A stretch of 59,239 nt of DNA, filler included, from Jimgerdemannia flammicorona (taxonomy: Eukaryota): the NCBI GenBank assembly GCA_003990765.1. It is 2 parts of 2 records of this genome, joined end to end, with 100 filler letters (N's around TTAATTAATTAA, not from the genome) between each part and the next. Parts side by side here need not be neighbours in the genome. Positions count along the whole stretch, not along the records: positions 1 to 29,574 come from RBNJ01000484.1; positions 29,675 to 59,239 come from RBNJ01000485.1. One strand, given 5' to 3'. Within the stretch, counting starts at the first letter, position 1; each line of letters begins with the position of its first letter. The notes under the pieces were generated by a model. The model was given only the letters and a program-made list of their open reading frames with translations. It was not told the DNA's origin and did no database searches. Positions 26,801 through 37,692 of the stretch are shown in pieces. The position numbers were made by a program, and so were the translations under genes.

Positions 26801-29574
26801 GGGATTCATGGGTAGAGGATGTCCAGGCAAAGATTCCACTTTGGAGGCAGGAGGGTTTGTCTACAGGTGTCCGGTGGATGAGATTGAAGGAGGCTGTGAG
26901 GGTTTATTGGGGTAGAGCTGGTAGAGAGGCAGAGAGATGGAGGAGGAGGTGAATATAGTGTACTTCAAATAGACTGAGGAGATTGCAGTTGGAGTGGGTG
27001 GATTTGCTTACATCTGATAAGATGGAGGATTGGAGATTAGAGAGGGCGAAATTGGAAGTTGTAGAACTACAACAGGTGTTGAGAGAGGAGGAGGAGACTC
27101 ATATGCGAGGAATGGCAGCCAGGCTAAGATGGCAGGGGCTTGAGGAGGGGGAGTGGCCTACTAGGTACTTGTCTAGGCTCCTCAAAGCCAGGTGGGTGAG
27201 ACATTGGTGGGATGAGATCTTAGATGCTGAGGGAGAGTTGGTGCATGGTATGCAGCAGATCCTGGGAGTATTGAAGGAGAATTGGTGAGGTCTGTAGAGT
27301 GAGAAAGAAGGGGGTGATGATGCTGAGGTGATTGGTGACACACTGGAGGAGTGGGAGCTGCCACAGGTAGAGGGGCTGGGTGACTTGATCTTACCAGTCC
27401 AGGAGGAGGAGATCCAAGGAGTCCTGGTAGTGACTAAGCTTGGGACAGCACCAGGAGAGGATGGGTTACCATGGGACTTCTGGAAGAAGATGGTAGAAGT
27501 CCCGGGGATGCTGGGAGAGATGGTGGCCCTCTGTGACTATGTTCTTCTAAATGGTATGTGGGTTGGAGAGCAGGACTTAGGACTGGTGGCCCTATTGTAC
27601 AAAGACAAGAGCCAGTATGAGGATTGCAAGAACTGGAGACCAATCATGCTTCTAGATATGGATCAGAAGTTGGTGACTAAGGTGATTGTTGTAAGGCTAC
27701 AGAAGGTTGCTCAACAGGTGCTGGGTGAGGAGCAGTGGGGCTTTGTAGGAGGTAGACTTATCAGAGATGGAACTGCCTGAGTACATGGTATTATTAAAGG
27801 AGCCCGGACCTGCAGACTGGATGGTAGACTGGTTTTTTTGGACCAGGAGAAGGCCTATGACCATGTTTGGCAGGTTTGGCTGGGCAAGGTATTGGACAGA
27901 ATTGGCATTCTACCACAGTTTTGGGCCTCTATGTTGAGTTTGTTGGAAGAGAGTAGAGCAGCGCTGATGTGTAATGGTTACAGGGGTTTGGTATTCCCCT
28001 TGGGGAGAGGAGTCCCTCAAGGGGACCCGCTGTCCCCTATCCTTTATGTGCTCTCCTTGGAACCTTTGATGGACAGGATCTGTAAGAGGGTGACTGGGCT
28101 CTCTGTATATGATGTAGAGTGGAAGGTGGGGGCCTTTGCAGATGATATGGTAGTTGGACTTGGATCAGTAGTGGATGTAGAGGCTCTTTGGGAAACCATG
28201 GAGTGGTATGAGGCACACTCTGGAGCAAAGCTCAACTGGCATAAGTGTGAGACGATGGTGCTACGGAATGGACTAGTGGGAGGGGATGTCATTGGAACAA
28301 TTGTCCCCACAGGAGAGGTGGTGCAGTATCTAGGTATCTTCCTCTCTGTATATGGATCAGTCCAACCATAGATATGATGGGAGAGGAGGGTGGACATTTG
28401 GGGGGAGGCTCTAAAAGGTTGGGGGGGTTGTCACATCTCCCTGACAGGGCGGGTGGTGATTCTGAATGTATACTGGTTCCCCAAGCTGTGGTATGTGGCA
28501 TATCACTTAGACTTTCTTGCTTGGGTGGTAAAGAGGTTGATGAAACTGGCTAGGGATTGGATTTGGGCAGGTAGAAGGGCTCAGATCAGTTGGGATACCC
28601 TTGTCAAGCCAGTGCTTAGGGGAGGCCTGGGTCTTGTTGACTTCCCTAAGCATCTACACTGCCTGCAAGCTTGGTGGTTGAGAAGGACTGTTGATCTACA
28701 GGGTGGAGATTGGGTACTGTTGATGAAGAAGGTGTGGGAGATGAGAGTCTCCCCCTGGGGGTCCTCAGGGGATCTACTCTCTTTGGTGGGTCTGAATAGA
28801 AGCCAACAGCTATGGTATAAGGGCTTCTAGTGAGGAGTGGTCAATGAGGCACACCAGATAGGCTTGTGCTGGCGTGGTAATGAGGGGGAGGTGGTATGGG
28901 GTCCAGCTATGTAGAGATAGGACTATCTGCTTCTAGGGGGAGTTCCACTTGCTGAGTTTGACATTGGAGATGGAGTGGAGTGTCAGTGGTGAATTGGCCA
29001 GGATCTTTGGCCAAATAGTTGACAGGTGGTGAGAATTAGTGAGGAATGGGACTGGGTAGGGATCTGGTCTTGGAGTACAGAGGTGCGGCAGTGGCTTCCT
29101 CCCAAGTTCAGAGTAGTGTGGTGGCAAATGTTGTGGAGGAATGTTATGTTGAACTTCCATGCTGGACATCTAGTAGATGGTGGTCAGCTGGATTGTGAGG
29201 AGTGTTATAATGTTGGACAAGTTGGGGGATTTGTACAAATGCCAGAACATTGGCTGGAGGAGTGTGAGGTGCTGGAGGACTTTTGGATAGCTGTGGGGGA
29301 CCAGCTTGGGGTTGAAAGGTGATCAGATGGAGAGAGATGTTGCTGGGAAGATCTGGAATCTAGACTTGTAGGAGGTGTCGGCAATAGATGGCTTACTGTA
29401 GGGTGGGTTGTGGCAGTGTGGGTGGGGTTGGCTAGACATTGGCTCTTTGTTTTTGAGGAGGGGTGACAGATAGGAATACAGGAGAAGTTGTTGAGATGGG
29501 AGGAGTTGGTGGGCAGATGGGGATGGTGTTTGATAAAGTGGTCTTTCATCGAGAAGGGGTAGGGGGAGAGGCTG
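23885..29574 (+). mobile_element. L1/Tx1-type LINE (copy 2, diverged subfamily); ORF1 23970-25994, ORF2 from 26026, cut by the gap
   Basis: The 5' UTR is homologous to copy 1 (CCTTTCTC..ATTCA..TTACACAA..TGGAGA.AAG). It has the same APE, RT and Zn motifs (LGGDFN, SDH, GVPQGDPLSP, FADD, CEEC..PEHWLEEC), with many stops. Confidence 0.93.
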
Positions 29575-29674
29575 NNNNNNNNNNNNNNNNNNNNNNNNNN
29601 NNNNNNNNNNNNNNNNNNTTAATTAATTAANNNNNNNNNNNNNNNNNNNNNNNNNNNNNNNNNNNNNNNNNNNN
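29575..29674. other. Artificial contig linker / gap (N44-TTAATTAATTAA-N44)
   Basis: Exactly 100 bp, symmetric, with a central all-frame stop palindrome. Confidence 0.95.
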
Positions 29675-29869
29675 TTCTTTATAAGCCACCAGATCAGAGT
29701 ACAAGAAGATCATACAGCATGCGAGATGAGCAATGATGACCAACTGTGAGTCATTGTGACCACAGCACAAGCATCCTGAAGAATATAAAAGAAGGATCAA
29801 GGAACCACAGTAGCAGCAGCCAACAAGAACCCCAATTCCAAAATAGCTCAAAGACTTACCATAAACAAA

Positions 29870-30688
29870 ATGCCTGCTGCCCGCCAAACCTCAAGGTCAA
29901 GGAATCATCAAGGTATCTCGGTCGAGGAAAGGATGTTTCAAGACATCAGAAGAGCCATGGAGACCCGCTCAAGAAGGACTCCTAGTGTCCACCTAGGTAC
30001 TGCAGACCCCTATCACTTCATCCTCTACTGCCATGAAATGGAAACAAGGATCACCATCACCACCGAATGCCTCCAAATGTGGCAGGAGTACGAAATAGGA
30101 AACCTCCTCTGCTGGGAGTTCCCACAGGCCAGCACCCAAGAGCTACAAGATGCCACTCCCATGGATATACGTGAAACAAGGACAGCTAAGAAGATCCATC
30201 AGATCTTCAGGCATGCACCATGGTCGATTCCCAACCTGGAGTATGTTAGAGTCTCAGACTTCAGAGACCTGTCATCTTGCCGCATCAATGCACTAGAAGC
30301 CAGGGTGGCTACAGAAGCCCGGTCCACTATTACCCTCAACAGCGAAGAAGTAGAAGACTTCTGGCACCCTATCCTTCAGGACAACCCAGACCAGTTCCTG
30401 CAAGGGTTGATCTCAGTATTCCAAGGCCCAAGCATCCAGGTCAGACCTCCCCAGGACCCCACATTTGTCCCTTACTTTGTGGAAGAGAACCTCATAGACT
30501 GGAGAGCTCCAGATCTTGTCCCCGATTTCCCCACCAAACGTGATGATGTCATTGGCGATGACGTCATCCTGCACGATATATCCGAAGTATGTGAGACGTG
30601 CGACCTGCATGACGAATTCGCAGATCTCATCTCCTTCAGTGATGATGATGATGATGAAGCCCCCATGGTCCTGAACTTTCTGCTCTAA
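29870..30688 (+). CDS. LTR(U3)-encoded hypothetical accessory protein, 272 aa, acidic C-terminus
   Basis: Uninterrupted ORF with an AAAATG start context. The same ORF, with stops or deletions, is present in three other LTR copies, and a diverged homologue lies at 51120-52272. Confidence 0.8.
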   Translation: MPAARQTSRSRNHQGISVEERMFQDIRRAMETRSRRTPSVHLGTADPYHFILYCHEMETRITITTECLQMWQEYEIGNLLCWEFPQASTQELQDATPMDIRETRTAKKIHQIFRHAPWSIPNLEYVRVSDFRDLSSCRINALEARVATEARSTITLNSEEVEDFWHPILQDNPDQFLQGLISVFQGPSIQVRPPQDPTFVPYFVEENLIDWRAPDLVPDFPTKRDDVIGDDVILHDISEVCETCDLHDEFADLISFSDDDDDEAPMVLNFLL

Positions 30689-30710
30689 AGTTCTTTGTTA
30701 CACTGAATAA

Positions 30711-30929
30711 TGCCAGCACTGGTATTCTCATATAATACTGGATAATGCCAGCACCGGTATTTTGAAGTGACGTGAAATTGTTCCAGCACCGGTATTTGAT
30801 GTGGTACTAAATAATACCAGCCCTAGAACTCAGTAGTTTTAGTTATTGGAATTTATATTTAGCTTTATATCTTAGCAACCATTGAATTATATTTTGTATA
30901 AATACCTCTCTTATTTCCTCTGAAATAAA
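30711..30929 (+). promoter_or_regulatory. LTR U3 motif array, TATA box and poly(A) signal
   Basis: CCAGCAC(C/T)GGTATT x3 (30713, 30748, 30783), TATAAATA at 30897-30904, AATAAA at 30924-30929. Confidence 0.6.
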
Positions 30930-31489
30930 GTCAGTTCTATCCGGTTCACTTACACACTTCCTTGCAAGCAATCTAAGAGATAACAAGACAGTTAAAGATA
31001 AGACGTTTGAGGACTATAAGACCTTGGGAAGGCACTCCAATAAGAACTTGCTTATAACAAACTTGAGTTAGTCTAAGAGATATACCTTGAAGAGAATCTG
31101 GCGTATTTGAAGAATTCAGCGACCACTACGTGACACTATATATAGATATATCTAGTATACTATATTTAGTCATAGTCTTTAAATATATATAAATACTCTC
31201 TATACTAAGTGTGTTATAACCTCAGCTCTACTTTCCTAATATATAAGAATAAAAAGTAGTATTGTTATTATATAACTCTCAGATCTGATTTGTTAATAAT
31301 TCTGAGCTTAATCAACTTGGAATATAAGCAGGGTACTCTACCAGTACAAAAACCTGAAAGCAATATCTAAACTCTACTATGAAAGACAACTAGAACTCAG
31401 TACTTTCTCAAGAACTTAGAACTTAGGACTAATATTTACTATTGATTATCTGTAATATATTAATGCTATTAGTATATAGTTTTATTATA

Positions 31490-31607
31490 GTAAATCTAAT
31501 ATACTAAAAATTGTGTATTTTTATTAAGTTATTATATTTCTAAAAATAAATTTCAAATCAGATCTATGATTCAATTTGAATTCAATTTAATTTATTTAAA
31601 AGTACTA
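31490..31607 (+). mobile_element. Right-end fragment of the hAT-type MITE family
   Basis: ..TTCAATTTGAATTCAATTTAATTTATTTAAAAGTACTA matches the decayed right end of the copies at 41184 and 51231. Confidence 0.55.
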
Positions 31608-33359
31608 ATTGTATCAGATTTATAGAGTACTACTTATATCTATATTATTATTATCAAATTAGTTTATAAACTATTTTGAAATAATGAATCAATTATAATA
31701 TATTTTTAAGATATAGTTTTAAGAGAAAATATAATAAAATATCACTAGAAGAGTATAATTATAATATATATAATTTGACAAGCAGCAGAATTATTTTACA
31801 GAAATTATAAATTAGCCATATATCATATTAGTATATTAAGCAACAAAGACTGTTTTACTGTGCCAATCTGTATAATTAGCTAGAGATACCAGAAAGATAT
31901 ACCAGTTCAGTATACTATACTAAATAAGTACACTATACTGGTCCAGTATACTGTACCATCTAGAAACTCTTACTATAGATAGCCATCTTTAATTAACAAC
32001 CTATAACCAGATAGCAACCACAATAGTATAAAATATCTCAGAGATAAGAGTGAATAAACCTCAGTCTAAAAAGTTCAAAAGCAAAAGACAAGTCTGCCTA
32101 CTATACTTTGAGTGAAACTCTACAGCTACTGCTAAGAGATTCTGAGTTTACTTTCCACTCTGGTCTACTTTTCAATATAAAAAAGAGTCTGTTACATTTT
32201 GGTTCACTTGCTAGATAAGCCAGAAGAGAATCTGAGTTATTTCTCAAAGAACTCACTGATTTAGGAAGAATTTATATTATCTATCATTTTTGAGTTATCT
32301 ATTATTCCCAGAGAGCTCACCTTAAGGAACCTTGCTACAAGTCAGTCTATCTGATATAACTTTGTAGTTGAGCCAGTTCATTTGACATAACTCCTGCAAA
32401 TGAAGTCAGTTTTTGATATAACTTACTGAGATTTCCCACCATCTAAGTTATCTGGTTATCTGAGTTATCAAATTGTCCAATATTCCCAGAAGAGCCAATT
32501 TAGGAGAATCTGCACCAAATTAAGTCAATCACCAAAACTATATAAGAAATACTACCAAGATTATCATGCTAGGAATTATATACTTTTAGAGATCACCACT
32601 CAAGAAAGAAACTACTAAATTGTCAGACTATTCTATATAAGAAATCTACTTATACTATATAGAAATCATCACGCTATATAAGAGATTGTTATGCCAGAAA
32701 TTTTATACTTTTGGAGAATGCCTTTATTATACAAATTGCTACTATATCTAAGAACTATCTCAATAAGGAAATTGATCATTATATTCAGATTAACTATTAT
32801 ACCACTAAATACCAATAAGGAATCTTAAAACATTTTGTTACTTTTGACAAAGTAATTAAGAGCTCAAGCCAAATTATACCAATCTCCAATCTTATAATTT
32901 GTTCTTATTGAGCTGGACACATTATATTTAGAGGCTCAAATAGGAATATTTCAAAATCAATGCAACTTTTTAACTTACAAATCTACAGACAAGCTGGATA
33001 TATTTATTACAATACTAATCTCTACCACTACAGAAGAACCAGTCATTACCAGCATTTGAATAGGAAAAGAAGTAATCACTTTAAGACTTACTAACTACCT
33101 AGCTTTAGAAGGATTCTAACAGGAAGTCAGCATAGTATAGAATCTCCAGTTAGTATTAACAGACTTATTACTAGACCAACTAGATCAATCAGATAATACA
33201 GACAGCCCTGCTAGAGTTTTTGACAAGCTTGTACAATAACTTGAAGATCTCATTAAATAAGTTCAATTTTCTGTAGAGGTCTCACCAATTTCACCTATTG
33301 AATCTCTACCACTAGCTATTACTGAATAAGAAGACCAAGTAGTAACTCCTTTAAGAATA

Positions 33360-33680
33360 CTCAGACCTATTCTACCTTATCCAAGATCTTCAATACTATT
33401 TTCAGGATATCCAAGTATTCCAAACTCTAGCAACAATTCAGAAAGTCAATTAGAATTAGCACCAGAATCAAAATCAGAATTAGAATGAGTACCAGGATTG
33501 AAGTCAGAACTAGAATCAGAAGACAGTGATGACAAAATAACTACTTCATTACCAACCTTTACAGGATATCCTAAAGAAGACCCAAGAGAATTCCTTGATA
33601 GAATCAAGGAATTACAGCTCTGAAGAGCCTTTCTTCTTCTAAAAGATTGCCATATATAAGGCCAACCAGTCAAAGGAATT
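33360..33680 (+). mobile_element. Retrotransposon gag N-terminal relic within an AT-rich decayed region
   Basis: LPTFTGYPKEDPREFLDRIKEL (PxFxG..EDP.EFL gag signature) at ~33545-33620. Confidence 0.55.
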
Positions 33681-34544
33681 TTCACACTGCATTTTTCTTT
33701 AAGCCACACCCATTTCAGACCTTAGACCTCAGAACAATAGGACAGACATTATTTCTATATATGAATATTCAACTCTCTTACACTAGAAGTATTATACTCA
33801 AGGTATATAAAACAGGGGTATAAGTATATTGCCCAATCTGAATATATATATAAATGATAATAAGGAGATAATGATAAAATTAAATTAAATGATAATTACT
33901 ATATTATTAAAATATACTGATATATACATAATTACTCTTATACCATTCTTTCTTTCTCTATATTATTTAGAGTTAAGGTTTCATTAGTATCTATAGGGGG
34001 TCTATTTAAAAAACATCAAATATGTCTGATCTATTTTTATGCAGAACCTTGGGACTAATTATGAGATCAAGATGCTTTAGAATGAAATAGCTCAAAAATT
34101 GCTTAAGTAAGCACAATAAGTTTGATATGGCAAGTTTATAAATATACCTATTAATATTATTATATAATATATCAATAGTATATATTAAATAGAGGGTAAT
34201 AGGTTCTGTATAGTAAATTAGCATTACAGAGTAGATGTCAATTATCACTGGAGAGTGCACAGATAAGAGTGTGAGTTATCACTACAGAATATAACAGATC
34301 AATGAGCCAATGATGACTGAGAAACATTCTCTGAATTTGAGCTCTATTTCTCTCATCTCTATATAACTAGATGTCTTTTTAAGATTGCAGCTGATTATTT
34401 ATATGTAAAAGATCTCACTGTCCTACTCAAAGTATGCAAGTTAATATATATAGTAATCTTCTTCAATTTTGAAGAGAAGGTGAACTTAGATAAAAAGCTA
34501 TTTATTAATACTAGTGCATCGCAACCCAAGCTGACCCATGTACA

Positions 34545-34950
34545 TATTTAATATGACCCGGAATTATACATCACCCATCTTTAACCTGACCCGAAATTAT
34601 ATGTCACCCATCTTTAACCCAATCCGGAATAATACATCACCTGTCTTTAACCTGACCTGGAATAATACATCACCTGTCTTTAACCCAACCCAGAATAATA
34701 TGTCACCCATCTTTAACCTGACCCAGAATTATATATCACCCATCTTTAATCTGACCTGGAAACATATGTCACCCATCTTTAACCTGACCTGGAATTATAT
34801 GTAACCCATCTTTAACCCAACCTGAGAAATATATGTGACCTGACCCGAGAAATATACATGACCCAACCTGAGAAATATATGTGACCTGACCCAAGAAATA
34901 TACATGACCCAACTCTGACCCATATTTAACCCAACACAGACCCATCTTTA
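34545..34950 (+). repeat. hAT left subterminal tandem array (33-bp unit)
   Basis: About 8 copies of CACCCATCTTTAACCTGACCYGGAATTATAYRT, then GACCCAAC/GACCTGACCC variants. Confidence 0.9.
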
Positions 34951-35116
34951 ATCCGCCTTTAAGCTATAAGATACAAAAAAATATATATTGCACATCTAAG
35001 ATATATATTTAGAATAAACAAACAGAAATATAATTAGGAATTAGAAATCAAAATGAAATCAGAAATAAATAGGAAGTAAATCAGGAAAATAAAGAACTTA
35101 CTGGTATAAATAGATC

Positions 35117-36366
35117 TTATTCTTCATCGCTATAAACCAACTGATCCTCCTTCTTCTCATATTCCAAACCATCTTCCTCCATATATTTCAAACTGCTTTC
35201 CTTTATATCCTCCTCCTCCATATCCTCCTCTGCACCAATCTCCTCTACACCAACCTCCATTTTGTCCTCCATGCTGACCTCCTGTGCTGACCTCCCCATG
35301 TTCCTCCATGCTGATCTCTCTATGTTCCTCCATGCTGACCTCCCCCATGCTGACCTCCCCATGTTCCTCCATGCCAACCTCCCCCATGCTGACATCCCCA
35401 TACTGACCTCCCCCTTACCAACCTCTCCCATGCTGACCTCTCCACCGACCTCTCTACCAGTGCCGACTCCTCCACTGGCACCGACCTCTCCCACCTCTCC
35501 ATCTCCTCCACCACCACCCCCCTCAACAAAATGCACAAGCCTACCATCCATCAGTCACATATAAAGCATTTTGTCATTCTTCACCAGTACTTGTTCAAAT
35601 ATGGCCAGCAGTTTTTCGTATTCATCCATGACAACAATTCCATCTGGACAACCTCACTTGTTCCACACTTTGGCATTCACCTTGAAGCCAGTGTGGTATG
35701 ATGAACATTCTATGATTTTCACATGGTTTTCTATTGCTCTTATGACTTCTTGCCTCAGTTGGTCATCATGTACTTTCTTAATACATTTGTTGGCCACAGC
35801 AAAAGCACACCTAATGTCCAATTTGTAAGGCCTTTTCTCTGTAAGGTTTGGGGTATTCAGAAAATTGATTTGGCAATACTTCTAGATAGTGTTTGGGCAA
35901 ACTTGATGGCAAAAATGGCAATTGTAGCAAGATTTGTACTCCAGCCCAGGCTTAGAAGCTGGAGGATATGTATATTTTGAATGTTATTAGGAAAAAAATT
36001 CGGACATTGATTTAAAAAGAAAAAAAAAAAAAACTAACTTTTTCAAGCTGCATTATTGGGATCTGGTGGGGGACCTTGTACTTGTGGACTGGTGGCAAGC
36101 TAGTGGTCAAGCTGGAGATCGGAGAGCTGAGGGTCAGTGAGCTGGGAGTCAGTGGGCTTGGCAACCTGGGTGTCAGCAAGCTCAGCAGGCTGGGTGTTGG
36201 CAAGCTCGGCAGGCTGGGTGTTGGCAAGCTTGGCAGGCTGGGTGTTGGCAAGCTGGGCATCTTTAGGGCACTGAGCTTTGAGATGGCAAGCTGAAGTGCG
36301 TCAAGCTTGAGGGGGGCCAAGTAAATACTTATTGGCCAGACAGTCATATCCACATTTTCTCAACAT
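35117..36366 (-). pseudogene. hAT-internal second gene (2 exons, intron 35959-36038): repeats, Cys motif, acidic tail
   Basis: ATG at 36366 and a GTTAGT..CTAA..CAG intron. The spliced frame runs (LANTQPA[KE])n...KPGLEYKSCYNCHFCHQVCPNT...DGRLVHFVEGG...EEDMEEED..YSDEE*. The few stops are TGA/TAG, consistent with C>T or G>A transitions. Confidence 0.65.
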
Positions 36367-36694
36367 AGTAGTGAATTAAGTGAGGTGAAGTAAAGGATGA
36401 GGTGAAGTGAAGGACGAGGCAAAAAGAATGAGAGGCAAAAGTAAGCTTTTGATATCTTAAATGTTCAAAAGCTATAACATCTTTCAGATGCTCTTTCAGA
36501 ATCTCTCTGAAATCTCTTTCAGAAGCTCTTTCTGAATCTCTTTGAAATCTCTTTCAGAATTTCTTCAAAATCTCTTTCGAAACCCATTTCTAAATTACAT
36601 ATTGTTTGCAATCTGAGGAATGAGGGTGAGGGAGGTGGAGGAATATGTGAGGGTTGTGCAAGAGGAGTAGAATGCAAGAGGAGTGGAATGCAAG

Positions 36695-37331
36695 AGGAGT
36701 GGAATGCAAGAGGAGTGGAGCATAGTGAGGAAAGCTCCAGATTGTAAGTGTAAGTGTAAGCATAAGCACAAGTGTAAGCTTTGCTCTACTCAGCTGATAG
36801 CTGATATCATGTAATATCAGCTTATTATTAGCTTGTCAGACTGAGCAGAGCAAAGCTTATGCTTATAGTTATGCTTATGCTTATGCTTGCAATCTGGAGC
36901 TTTCCTCACTGCATTCCACTCTTCTCTGTGTGATTCAGCAGGTTCTGCATAAGCTCCGATTGAGCAAGGTTTGCAACAATGTTTGAGCAAGGTTTGTGGT
37001 ATGTTTGAGTGAGATTTGCAGTGAGGTTTGAGCAAGATTTGCAAGTGAGATTTGTATAAGCCAGGCTTTACAAGTCTTGCACTTGTAAGCTCAGCCGATA
37101 GCTGATATCATGTGATATCAGCTTATATATATATCATATCAGCTTGTGACTGAGCTTGTCTAGGTTAGCATGTGCAAGACTTGCAAAGCCTGGCTTATGC
37201 AAATCTCACTTTAATCTTATATGCAAATCTCACTTGCAAATATTACTTACAAATCTTGCATTAACCTCACTGCAAATCTCACTCAAACATACCACAAACC
37301 TCACTCAAACATCATTGCAAACCTTGCTCAA
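36695..37331. repeat. Two adjacent long inverted repeats (~36695-36925 and ~36960-37331) sharing a palindromic core
   Basis: Arms are complementary (e.g. GTGAGGAAAGCTCCAGATTG / CAATCTGGAGCTTTCCTCAC and TTGAGCAAGGTTTGCAA / TTGCAAACCTTGCTCAA). The core AGCTGATATC-ATGT-(G/A)ATATCAGCT lies at 36799-36822 and 37100-37123. Confidence 0.9.
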
Positions 37332-37692
37332 TGCAAAACATGCTGAATCTCTAAAGTATGTTTGCTGTTTGCAGTTGTGTGATGGGTACCAGTTCACCAC
37401 CTGTATATATTTATTCATCCATCCTCTGTCCACAATCGATCATTGGCTATTGCAAACCACCTCACTGCTCTCTCTCTTGCTGCCCTCCAGCTTGCTGACT
37501 CCTGTTCCAGGCCCCACAGTTCCTGGCTTTTCCCACTGCTCACTGCCTCCCCCCAACTCCCTGCCCCCTAGTTCACTGCCCCCCCAGCTCATTTCCCAGT
37601 TTGCCACTCCCTAGTTTGCCACTTCCTAGCCACTTTCCAGCTCTCAGCCTCTCACTCAAGCTCCCAGTCCCTGCTATCATCAAACATTCAAA

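Larger units (their letters stand above)
29675..31135 (+). mobile_element. Long LTR (solo or 3' LTR) of the dUTPase-Gypsy family, least mutated copy
   Basis: Homologous to 46710-48268, 52880-54428, 54786-55665 and 59078-end. Ends ..CTACGTGACA and is not followed by the PBS. About 45 bp of the 5' end are lost in the gap. Confidence 0.92.

Noticed and set aside
16183..29549. Many Pro/Ser/His-rich minus-strand ORFs over the LINEs, and plus-strand ORFs over the Gypsy elements
   Set aside because: These are antisense shadows of compositionally skewed coding strands.
29575..29674. TTAATTAATTAA palindrome between N runs, and apparent adjacency of LINE copy 2 to the LTR
   Set aside because: This is a synthetic 100-bp contig linker, so the sequences on either side need not be neighbours.
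34545..34950. 33-bp periodic array resembling CRISPR, and the repetitive ORF 34538-34804
   Set aside because: There are no unique spacers and the array is mirrored at the other end of the hAT element, so these are subterminal repeats.
36012..36353. ORF-track protein with PSLPT repeats
   Set aside because: It is probably the wrong frame: the splice phase supports the LANTQPA frame that joins the Cys motif and acidic tail.
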